Below, piece after piece: positions 1-11,800 of a DNA stretch of 64,000 bases; the stretch's first letter is position 1; each line of letters begins with the position of its first letter. The DNA comes from Haliotis rufescens (taxonomy: Eukaryota). The stretch is from contig NW_025964334.1 in assembly GCF_023055435.1 (NCBI RefSeq), forward strand, positions 46,190,001 through 46,254,000, in the 5' to 3' direction. Under the pieces are notes generated by a model that ran no database searches, was not told the DNA's origin, and saw only the letters and a program-made list of their open reading frames with translations. The translations under genes and the position numbers were made by a program.

Positions 1-434
1 TTCCACTCTTGGAATTTCTAGGCTCGATTGTAGCGCCCGAGTGACTATTACGAGTTACCGTATGTCCCTACTATGTCCATCCTACTGACCAATCAGATTT
101 CACCTCTCATATCACTTGCATTTGCTTCCAACAAAATGGTCATGCCCAGTCAAGACAATAAAAACATGAAAACATTTGGGAAATATCTGTTGACACTGAG
201 CTGACGGTACACATGCTTTGCAAATCTGCAATTCAACAAAATCTGCACTGTAATTTACAAACCAGATGTTGATTTCGTTAAGCGATTTTGATTGGACAAT
301 GCATAGACTTGTTAGTCCAGCCAAAATATATCTCAGTTTGCCCTACGATCAAACAACAAAATTCCAGCCTACTTCAGCAAGGGTGGAAACCAGACTTTTA
401 TAGTCGGTTAACTCCCTTGCCTCGGGAAGATGGG
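1..434. mobile_element. MITE, partial at the window edge; same family as 24982-25506 in opposite orientation
   Basis: Ends aactcccttgcctcgggaagatggg; 160-325 is the reverse complement of about 25045-25225. Confidence 0.7.
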
Positions 435-1380
435 TTTGTCAGCACCTGACCCATGCTTGAGGGTTTCATGGAAGTGGCAAATATCTACATGTCAGTCCAG
501 CCTGTCCTCACACATTGTGCTGACTCTGTTCAAGGCAACCCCATCACTGTCACTCATCGTCTTGAACTAATGGCCTTGTTGACAACATGTTCCATCTCAA
601 TCCATTCAGTGGTTCTAGCATCCAAAATGTGAAATATTTACTGCTACCAAAATGTTCTTGTAAATGAGGATTATTGAAGTTTTTTCAAAATTTGTTCATG
701 ATCGGCACTCATTGTAGACAATATTCCAAACAAAATATTTCTCCTTTTCATTGTTTAATTCTATTTCTCACCCAATACCGGACAAGTCAACATCTTTTTC
801 GGTTTGAATTTTCACCAAGAAGAGCAAAATGGCATCTGTGAAGAAGAAGTTCACCAAACCAGACTAAACTTCTGTAAATGGAGCCTCCATACCATGTGAA
901 CACTGTCCACAGAGAGTGGGATCACTTCATGACGAGCATGCTGACATGAACAAGCGATCAAAGTTGTTTTTTTTGTTAGAGAGATAAGCAGCTCCTGACA
1001 TTGATAATGTAGGAGCCAAGACTAAGTTTTTAGGAGCCAACCTTTTTTTCCAAGGAGCAAGGCTGAGAATCTGAGATAGGACACATATTTCCAGAGGTTT
1101 CATTGGAGACAGGACACGTGTCATGGAGGGGCTTCACGGTGTGAAGATGGGTATTCAATCGTAATAGACAGATACTTTAAATAATAATGTAAATATTTCC
1201 CTTTGGTACAATATCACTTTTGTTCATGCAAATACAACAGGGTTACAAAATACCCCAGATATCAATGAAACATTGTTTTTAATTATTTATTCAGCATTGG
1301 CCAAACACAACTTGGTAAACTAGATTTTCAATTACTATCTGTTTAGATCTTAAACAAATATTGTCGCAATTTATGTTATA

Positions 1381-1992
1381 GTTACAACACACCAAGACGA
1401 GTTGTTTGGGCAGTAAGAGCACGGTTTGGCTTGGCATTTGATTGACAGACAAAAGGACCGAGGGGCGGAGCCAAACCGTGCTCTTACTGCCCAAACAACG
1501 AGTAGGTGGGTATTGTAAGTGACTTGTAGCACGGGTTGCGACGGTCATTCCAAAATTGTGCGAGTTTGTGTAAAATATAGTGACTTATAATATGACGTTA
1601 AATAAGACGTCATATGCTTTCTGCCTTCGAACCCTTTTTAACTTTTAATCTAATTGTGAAATCAAGTGTAAACTTTGGAATTTTCAAAGGCACATTAGAA
1701 ATTTATGCGTTCTGTGTCCAGTTGTTTTTATGTTTGACAATTACATAGTAATCTTTTAATAAAGTTATAAACATTTCTATTGTTTTTTGTTGTTTATTTA
1801 TGTTATTACTCTTGAACACTGTGTACAACACTAAAGAAACATTGTTGTAAGTTTGAAATTTCTCAAGATAGTAGGCGGGGCTTGCTGATCTTGGCACCAG
1901 CCAATGGTAATAATCTTTAACAAACCGTGCTCTTACTACCATGATACAGCACAGTAAGATCAAAGGTACCGCTCGCAACCCGTGCTACAAGT
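1381..1992 (+). mobile_element. Hairpin-headed non-autonomous element (long hairpin followed by an IR-bounded body)
   Basis: 31-bp perfect inverted repeat 1401-1431/1469-1499 flanked by GA/GA mismatches; body bounded by a 20-bp inverted repeat 1522-1541/1973-1992. Confidence 0.6.
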
Positions 1993-2617
1993 TTATTGAT
2001 AGGTAGCCAAGGGGCGAACAGTAGATAAATTGCATGAACAAGAACACAAATATGCACAGCTTACTGTGAATACTCCAGTAGAGACTGCAATGTGGCTAGA
2101 CTCTGATCTGGTGACAACGAAGGATAGTTGTGTTATATAAATGTACCATTATTGTCTTTAATGCGAAAAACATAACTTTCTGTAAATCATAACACACATA
2201 TTTTCCAAATAATTTCATATAAAATACCAACAGAAGTCATTTCAAACAAAATGTTATTTTATTGATCATAGGTTGGATGTATCTTTTCCAGATCAAAAGC
2301 AAAAAAATAAATATTCTCCATCCTGTGACATAACCTGACAGGCAGACAAACAAACATAAGTAATCAAGCAATGAACCCACTGGTGTGGAACAACGTCAGC
2401 CCACTGCAGTAATCATTCCAACACAATAATGTACCACACACATGGCATAAACACAGATATACCGGTAGTCACGGTCATACATCTGAAGCAAATCTTCACC
2501 ACTTCTTCTGGACCACTTTTTAAGATGCACAAACTATCAAAAGTCTAAAGATTGTGTTGTAAAATTGCAGGAGTAGCTGGCAATGAATATTAAAGGCACT
2601 GTCCACATCAACTGTGT

Positions 2618-2815
2618 CCCGTGAAGATCTGGGTTAGAATTGGTCTTCAGCAACCAATGCTTTTCGTAAGAGGCGTCTAACAGGATCGGGTGGTCCCAAT
2701 TGTGTAAATCGATGCTCATTAGGTAAATCACTGGATTGTCTGGTCCAGATTAGATTATTTCACGACCGCAGGCATATAGCTGGAATATTGCTGAGTGTGG
2801 CATTAAACAACAAAT
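2618..2815 (+). mobile_element. SINE-like interspersed repeat, family 2 ((AAAC)n tail)
   Basis: gtgaagatctgggttagaattggtcttcag...ggattgtctggtccaga...gctggaatattgctgagtgtggcattaaacaac; related copies at 22413-22667 (-), 35997-36229 (+), 49483-49693 (-) and a fragment near 24000-24090. Confidence 0.7.
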
Positions 2816-4217
2816 CACATCAACCGTAAAAAGATTTTGATAGATATGCCATTAACATTTGAGGCTGTAGAAAAGCAAACATAAAGTCTCATGCCTGTAG
2901 AAGTAACCATGTCTCAAAACCTGACAATGACATAAACAGGTTTTACAAACCTTTAAAGCTCACCATGACCATCGACCAGAGCTTCAGATAAGCAGCATAT
3001 TTGCATAAAATACCCCCCCCCCCCCCAAATAAAATATTAAAAACCCAATTACTTTCATTAACTTGTGTACAGAAACCGATGCATTAAATGAAAAACATGA
3101 TGTATAAAAACAGCATGCGTAAATACTCAATGAAGCTTTTTCAGCATGTGTACAATGGAGCTAATTTCTGAAGCACAATTATGAGCTAAGTTACTTTCCA
3201 AGTCAAGCCTTTAGTTAGAACCCTTATATATATCTAAAACATTATTTTATTTATTTTAAAACCCAATAGAGTGATGAATAGATGAGTGAAGAAATAATGA
3301 GAAATGTAATACATGTAACCCAATTAAAATAGAAACCTTCAAGTAAAAACTCAACACTGCTCAAAAAGTTATCTGGAGCCCTGATAGACTTATCTTCACC
3401 AAAACATTTTCAACACAGGAACCCATTCATGTCTTAATCTAGAGACCTTGACATGCCATGAGCCACAAGTCCCTAACATTGGAACATATTCCCTAAAGTC
3501 AATAACATTCGACATGACAGTTGACACGAGATACAACAACCGGGGGGTGGAGGTCAAATTCAGGCTAAACTAATACTAGTCACGTTTCACAGAAAGTGTG
3601 TGGTATGAACAAGTGTTGTCAAGTTAGGAGGAAATAAAATCAGACAAAAATATTTTTTTACACCATTTAATATGAAACAAATAATTAGTCTTAACATGAA
3701 ACTGTGTCCATGACAATGCCATGCCAGGGTTTTCACTCTGTGAACAATAACAAAACAAGCAAAGTATGCGTTCCAAGTGAACTTGATAAAACAAATATGG
3801 TTACAAGCAATGCTGACATGAGAAACAGCATTCTGGCATAAGAATGACAACTGGAAAAAATCCCTCTAGTTTGTGCCTGAAATACTGGCCCCAAACTGAG
3901 CCCAGCATAATGTCTGTCTTTGAAGGACCAGCAATTCTATCCCACAGGGAGAGACACGGACACTAGGCCATTAGTCCAAGACAAATGAAACTCTAGAGGG
4001 ACCAGTGGTTTTATCCTAAAATCTAGTTACTCCACGTTACTCATTTGTGCAAAATGATGTGTGGACCAGTTGGATATGAACAATGGTGTCTACCCCTGTT
4101 CCACATGTTAAATAGCAAAATCTGCTCAAAAATTCATTCTCAAATAAGTAGGAAAGTTTTATATTCTCTAATTGAGGCATATATATATAACACAACAAAA
4201 TAACAAAATGTTCTTGT

Positions 4218-4549
4218 CATGGACAATCCCTGCCTCCAGGCTAGACTGTCGTACATGGACAATCCCTGCCTCCAGGCTAGACTGTCGTACATGGACAATC
4301 CCTGCCTCCAGGCTAGACTGTCGTACATGGACAATCCCTGCCTCCGGGCTAGACTGTCGTACATGGACAATCCCTGCCTCCGGGCTAGACTGTCGTACAT
4401 GGACAATCCCTGCCTCCGGGCTAGACTGTCGTACATGGACAATCCCTGCCTCCGGGCTAGACTGTCGTACATGGACAATCCCTGCCTCCGGGCTAGACTG
4501 TCGTACATGGACAATCCCTGCCTCCAGGCTAGACTGTTGTACATGGACA
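4218..4549. repeat. 36-bp minisatellite, ~9 copies, starting directly after the helicase stop codon (3'UTR)
   Basis: Unit catggacaatccctgcctcc(a/g)ggctagactgtcgta. Confidence 0.95.
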
Positions 4550-5862
4550 TCACTCCTGCACACAATGCTCAGCAGCTTTCATCATGAACTGTTCCCGCCG
4601 AAGAATATTCTGGATCTTGTCTTTCTCATCACTGCTCTTACACAGGATGACAAAGTGGCTGTCCTTCTTCCTGGCCCGTCCCCGCATCTGTACAAGCGTG
4701 GTGACTGTGTTGGGCGGGTTCATGCAGACCACCAGCTCACACTCGGGGATATCCACGCCTTCCTCTGCTACAGATGTGGCTACGATGATGTTATACTTCT
4801 TGCTCTTCACTCCATCAAGCACCTTCTTCTGCTGCTTCACCTTCATGCCACCATCAGCCTGACCAGATCCATGGCCAACCACCGATGTGATCTTCAGACT
4901 GTTGGCTGATGCAAATTGTGTCTGCTTCAGGAAATTGCTCAGTCTGTGTGCATGTGCTCGCTCCCGGACGAGAATCAAGGCCATTGCATTTCTGCCAGCT
5001 TTCCAGTTGATGTATTTATCATTGGTGAGAGTAGTGAGTAACTGTGTGTACAGAGTGATATGAAGAGGGTTGTCATCAAACTCCTGCTGGACATGAGCTG
5101 AGTGAGCAGCTCTTCTCATGGCATCTTGCAGCTCTTCACACTGTATCCCCATCCCCTGAGCGTGCTGGAAGCCACTCTGTGCTGGAGTCTGGTCGAACGT
5201 CTTCAGGTCAGCTACAGCTGTGGGTATCCCAACAACATCCAAATCAGACAGCGCAATTAAAAGTATCTTGCAATGATTGACAAGGAAGTCCATATTCATT
5301 TTGACTTGTGGTTGCTGGGATTTGGCCTGGCAGTTCCCAAGAGCTCGGACAAACCTTTCAGTAGCAGCATTGTCCAATCGCTCTACCAAGTCTTCCAAGT
5401 CTTCTCCCTGCATCCTCTCCACTCCCCACTGACAGTCAGTGTCAATAGTGCACAACTCCGACAGCTTCAAGTAACACTGGTAAATGTACACCAACAGTGT
5501 CTTCCGGAAAGCTCTTTCTTCATCCGAAAACGGCTCATAGTTGATCTTCAGCTTAGCACTTGACTGATAGCGCTTCAGTTCTCCCACACAATCTCCCTGG
5601 ACGATGGCAATGCTGGCTCCCCCAAGGTTATGGAATAACTCGTGCAGCATGCTGACCGTGCTCTCTACACTGTCGCGCCCCGCAGGGGAGGCGGTCAGAC
5701 CTAGCACTTTGGGTCTGTGTTCTGGCTGGCATGGGCGGTGGTACGCCTCCAGGAGGCGATTGAAGGGGTGATTCTTGGCACAGTGATGAGCTTCATCAAA
5801 CACAACCAGTGAGAAGTCTTCCCAGCGCAGCTGCTGCTTCAGTAGTAGATTGTCAGCATAGG
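4550..5862 (-). CDS. Terminal exon of the ZF-helicase: Hel1 motifs II-III, insertion domain, Hel2 motifs IV-VI
   Basis: DEAHH, LGLTASP, ATSVAEEGVDIP and QMRGRAR; TAG acceptor at 5865-5863. Confidence 0.9.
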
Positions 5863-8800
5863 CTACAACACAGATATACAACAGATAGACTACAACAAGG
5901 ATATATAACACTGTTAGGTTACAACACAGATATAACACAGTTAGTCTACAACACGTATATATCACAGTCTACAACACAGATATATCACAGTTAGCCTGCA
6001 ACACAGATATATATCACAGTTAGCCCACAACACAGATATATCAGTTACCCCACAACACAGATATGTCACAGTTACCCTACAACACAGATATATCACAGTT
6101 AGCCCACAACACAGATATATCACAGTTAGCCCAGAACACAGATATATCACAGTTAGGCTACAACAAGTATATATAACACTGTTAGGTTACAACACAGATA
6201 TAACACAGTTAGTCTACAACACGTATATATCACAGTCTACAACACAGATATATCACAGTTAGCCTACAACACAGATATATATCACAGTTAGCCCACAACA
6301 CAGATATATCACAGTTAGGCTACAACACAGATATATCACAGTTAGGCTACAACACAGATATATATATCACAGATAGCCTACAGCACAGATATATCACAGT
6401 TAGCCCACAACACAGATATATCAGTTACCCCACAACACAGATATGTCACAGTTACCCTACAACACAGATATATCACAGTTAGCCCACAACACAGATATAT
6501 CACAGTTACCCTACAACACAGATATATCACAGTTACCCTACAACACAGATATATCACAGTTAGCCCACAACACAGATACATGTATATCACAGTTAGCCCA
6601 CAACACAGATATATCACAGTTAGGCTACAACACAGATATATCACAGTTAGGCTACAACACAGATATATCACAGTTAGCCTACAGCACAGATATATCAGTT
6701 ACCCCACAACACAGATACATGTATATCACAGTTAGCCCACAACACAGATATATCACAGTTACCCTACAACACAGATATATCACAGTTACCCTACAACACA
6801 GATATATCACAGTTAGCCCACAACACAGATACATGTATATCACAGTTAGGCTACAACACAGATATATCACAGTTAGGCTACAACACAGATATATCACAGT
6901 TAGGCTACAACACAGATATGTCACAGTTACCCTACAACACAGATATATCACAGTTAGCCCACAACACAGATATATCACAGTTACCCTACAACACAGATAT
7001 ATCACAGTTACCCTACAACACAGATATATCACAGTTAGCCCACAACACAGATACATGTATATCACAGTTAGCCCACAACACAGATATATCACAGTTACCC
7101 TACAACACAGATATATCACAGTTACCCTACAACACAGATATATCACAGTTAGCCCACAACACAGATACATGTATATCACAGTTAGGCTACAACACAGATA
7201 TATCACAGTTAGGCTACAACACAGATATATCACAGTTAGGCTACAACACAGATATGTCACAGTTACCCTACAACACAGATATATCACAGTTAGCCCACAA
7301 CACAGATATATCACAGTTACCCTACAACACAGATATATCACAGTTACCCTACAACACAGATATATCACAGTTAGCCCACAACACAGATACATGTATATCA
7401 CAGTTAGGCTACAACACAGATATATCACAGTTAGGCTACAACACAGATATATCACAGTTAGGCTACAACACAGATATATCATAGTTAGGCTACAACACAG
7501 ATATATCACAGTTAGGCTACAACACAGATATATCACAGTTAGGCTACAACAAGGATATATAACACTGTTAGGCTACAACACAGATATATCATAGTTAGGC
7601 TACAACACAGATATATCACAGTTAGGCTACAACACAGATATATCACAGTTAGGCTACAACACAGATATATCACAGTTAGGCTACAACACAGATATATCAC
7701 AGTTAGGCTACAACACAGATATATCACAGTTAGGCTACAACACAGATATATTACAGTTAGGCTACAACACAGATATATCACAGTTAGGCTACAACACAGA
7801 TATATCACAGTTAGGCTACAACAAGGATATATAACACTGTTAGGCTACAACACAGATATATCATAGTTAGGCTACAACACAGATATATCACAGTTAGGCT
7901 ACAACACAGATATATCACAGTTAGGCTACAACACAGATATATCATAGTTAGGCTACAACACAGATATATCACAGTTAGGCTACAACACAGATATATCACA
8001 GTTAGGCTACAACACAGATATATCATAGTTAGGCTACAACACAGATATATTACAGTTAGGCTACAACACAGATATATCACAGTTAGGCTACAACACAGAT
8101 ATATCACAGTTAGGCTACAACACAGATATATCACAGTTAGGCTACAACACAGATATATCATAGTTAGGCTACAACAAGGATATATAACACTGTTAGGTTA
8201 CAACACAGATATATATATCACAGATAGCCTACAGCACAGATATATCACAGTTAGCCCACAACACAGATATATCAGTTACCCCACAACACAGATATGTCAC
8301 AGTTACCCTACAACACAGATATATCACAGTTAGCCCACAACACAGATATATCACAGTTAGCCCACAACACAGATATATCACAGTTAGGCTACAACAAGGA
8401 TATATAACACTGTTAGGTTACAACACAGATATAACACAGTTAGTCTACAACACGTATATATCACAGTCTACAACACAGATATATCACAGTTAGCCTACAA
8501 CACAGATATATATCACAGTTAGCCCACAACACAGATATATCAGTTACCCCAAAACACAGATATGTCACAGTTACCCTACAACACAGATATATCACAGTTA
8601 GGCTACAACACAGATATATTACAGTTAGGCTACAACACAGATATATCACAGTTAGGCTACAACACAGATATATCACAGTTAGGCTACAACACAGATATAT
8701 CACAGTTAGGCTACAACACAGATATATCATAGTTAGGCTACAACACAGATATATTACAGTTAGGCTACAACACAGATATATCACAGTTAGGCTACAACAC

Positions 8801-11800
8801 AGATATATCACAGTTAGGCTACAACACAGATATATCACAGTTAGGCTACAACACAGATATATCATAGTTAGGCTACAACACAGATATATCACAGTTAGGC
8901 TACAACACAGATATATCACAGTTAGCCTACAACACAGATATATCACAGTTAGGCTACAACACAGATATATCACAGATAGCCTACAGCACAGATATATCAC
9001 AGTTAGCATAGGTTGATAAGTGTGAAGAAATAGGGGTTTTTAAAAGTTCAAAATTAACAATAGTCGACTAGTAAGTAGAAGGAGACTAGTCAAACTACAA
9101 AATAATTTCTAACACTCCATACATCAAAGAGTTATAGTAAAGTGTTTCCACTTAACAAGTGTGCAGCATGTACCTGCCGTGCTGACGATGACGTCATGCT
9201 TGTAGAGGGGCGTGGTGTCTGGAGGCAGTATGTTCCCACACAGTGTGGCTATCTTCAGCTCACGCTCCTGCTCCTCCCCATCACTTGTCATGCTGGAAGT
9301 AACATGGTATTCTACCATGAATTTGGGAAATACTCAATTCTGATTGGTCAATCAGAGGTATCAAATGACAATTACCACCTCTGATTGAAACGGCTGATTT
9401 TATCGACCACAAATAGTTAAGTACTTCTTTCTCAGTCAATGTCAGCAGGGATTTAAAATAATTATTTGTACAACTATAGCTTATAAAATGCAGGGGCCGT
9501 CGGGTAGCCTTGTGGTTAAAGCATTCGCTCGTCACGCCGAAGACCCGGGTTCGATAACCGACATGGGTACAATGTGTGAAGCACATTTCTGGTGTGCCTT
9601 GCCGTGATATTGCTCGAATATTGCTAAAAGCAGCGTAAAACCATACTCACTCACTCACTTATAAAATGCAGATTTGTGGTAACCACAACATTCAAAGTAT
9701 GTGTAGCAATACATTTTGTGCAGAAAACTCGATAGAAATTGAGAGAGTATCGTTCAGCTTGAAATTTGAGCTTTTCTATAGCTGACTGTGACATATTTTC
9801 TGCATCACAATGAGTGTGACGTCGTAATAGCGACATGGACTGTAGAACAAAACCTTGCAAGACTTGAGTACTCTTCTTTAAAGGTGCCCACTTCATGCTA
9901 ACTTATGTAATAACTGTGCTACACCCTTTTGATGCCTTTCGTATATGCAAATCCTTTTTGGTAAAATAATAATGTTGAAGAACATTAAGTACTAATATTT
10001 GTTTAAAGCAGGGTTAGAACTTAACACTAGCCTGCTAGCCTGGGGCTAGTACAAAGTGCTGTGGGCCAGAACAAATTTCCAAATTTCCACCTCGTTTTAC
10101 CCTTACAAGGGCATATTATCCTTACCTGGGCTAGTAATGCTTTGGAGTTCGGTTCTAACCCTGTAAAGCTGGTATCTGTTACCTCAAACATCAAATATTT
10201 TCTTTTCTGTAGTTACATTTTTTTACATCAAGTTGAAAAGTTGGCATTTGTTATTAAAAGTTTTGTGGTAAAGAGAAACAAGTCTATACCTTTTATGTAG
10301 CCATAGCAACCAGCAAACTAACAACTCTCAGTAGGAAAAGCATTTCAGTTTAGTTAACTGTCTGTGTTTTAGAGTCTACTGTCCCAAACTTTTCTGTCAA
10401 CATCATTTTCAGTACATTGTAATGTTAAAATAGCTAAGCTAAAGATGTTTTACTGAACTCAGGCATTTGACGAGTGGCTAACGCACAGGCGGATTTATGC
10501 TAACAAATTCTATTGCATTGACATGCTGGTACATGTGTACTTTCTAACCCTTAACATGACTTCAGCACTTCAAGCAGGTCTGTATTCTGTTTCTGGAGAT
10601 GTAAACAAAATCGGTAACAGAATTCTTGTGTGGCAATACTGGATTTTCTCCTCAGTTCACTGATCATGTGACAATGGGCATGCAAAAGAACAAAAAAGCT
10701 ACTGTAAAGCATCATTGTCAAGTATATCATGTTGACTTCTTGATAAGTATGCGAAGTCAACGTCCTCCGTGGGCCAGCAGGTTACTGACACAATGGGACT
10801 CAAGCAGGGTGCAGACAAACTGCACTATCTCCAGCGCATCTTCCTTCTACTACAGAATGGAGGCCATTTTGTAAGGATAGCATATCCTGTGTCACATGAT
10901 AGCAACAGGTACAATAGCGGGAGATTTCACTGACCGGAATATGGATGATAACCGATAATACATCAATGTCTGAAGTACCTTTACAATGTATACATTAACT
11001 CTGTTGGGCGTAATTCTGCATTTCTATATTTCAAAGTGCATTATTTCAAGTGGGAAGAAAGCTCCATATGAAGCAGGTAGTAGACGTTTACCCTCAAGCT
11101 TTGGTTACACACCAAAGACATTAATTAGGACAAATTATTGACAACAGCCAACAAATAGCTGGTCCTTGTATGGCTAGGGGACACAACTATTGAGGGTATC
11201 TTACGGCATCAACATTCTGGCAAAATATCATATAAGAAGATATAAGTGTCAGTGCATACTGTGACTTTTGTACACAGAAATATACAGAGACTACTTACCG
11301 CTTGTACTTCCGATTCCCAAGTTCATTGGTGATATACTTTGACTGCTGCAGCACCAACAACACCTTGTCCACCAGGAACAAAACTGGGCGCCGTGGGTTC
11401 CGTTGCAGCATACAGCTCAGCGTCATCACCGACACCAGCGTCTTCCCAGTCCCTGCAGCAGCAAACATGTCATGTTGCATCGTGACATCCGAGAGTATCC
11501 AATATCTTATAGCACGATTAATACTAAAACTAAAGAATGACAGTCTTCTCCTGATTGAAACAATCGTCGATATCACCAATAAATTCCCTCCCCATGTCTG
11601 TTAATGATCAGGCAAACATCTTTCAAGAAGGCTTGGCGGCACACAACGGCCGGGAGATATAACACACTGGACAGCTGATTAGGCCAGCATGGTAGTGCAG
11701 GTCTATCTTTAACATGTTTAAATTAGCATAGTCAAATATTTGTTTCCAATGCATTTGATACAGATACTGGAAAATGGGAATTAAACAGTTTTGCAGTATG

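Noticed and set aside
500-1130. Possible further helicase exons (RLR C-terminal domain) or a separate gene
   Set aside because: Minus-strand frames contain frequent stops; no CTD-like CxxC pattern or convincing splice pair was found.
4140-4587. Possible CRISPR array or repeat proteins in the 36-bp repeat
   Set aside because: The units are contiguous with no unique spacers, there are no cas genes, and the context is eukaryotic. ORFs in several frames are a by-product of a unit length divisible by 3.
5962-9009. Long repetitive ORFs (VIYLCCSLT, QHRYITVRL, YNTDISQL)
   Set aside because: Translations of the 27-bp minisatellite on both strands, located inside a helicase intron.
9493-9570. tRNA gene
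   Set aside because: The tRNA-like head continues into a SINE body and tail with a TSD, and there is no intact cloverleaf.
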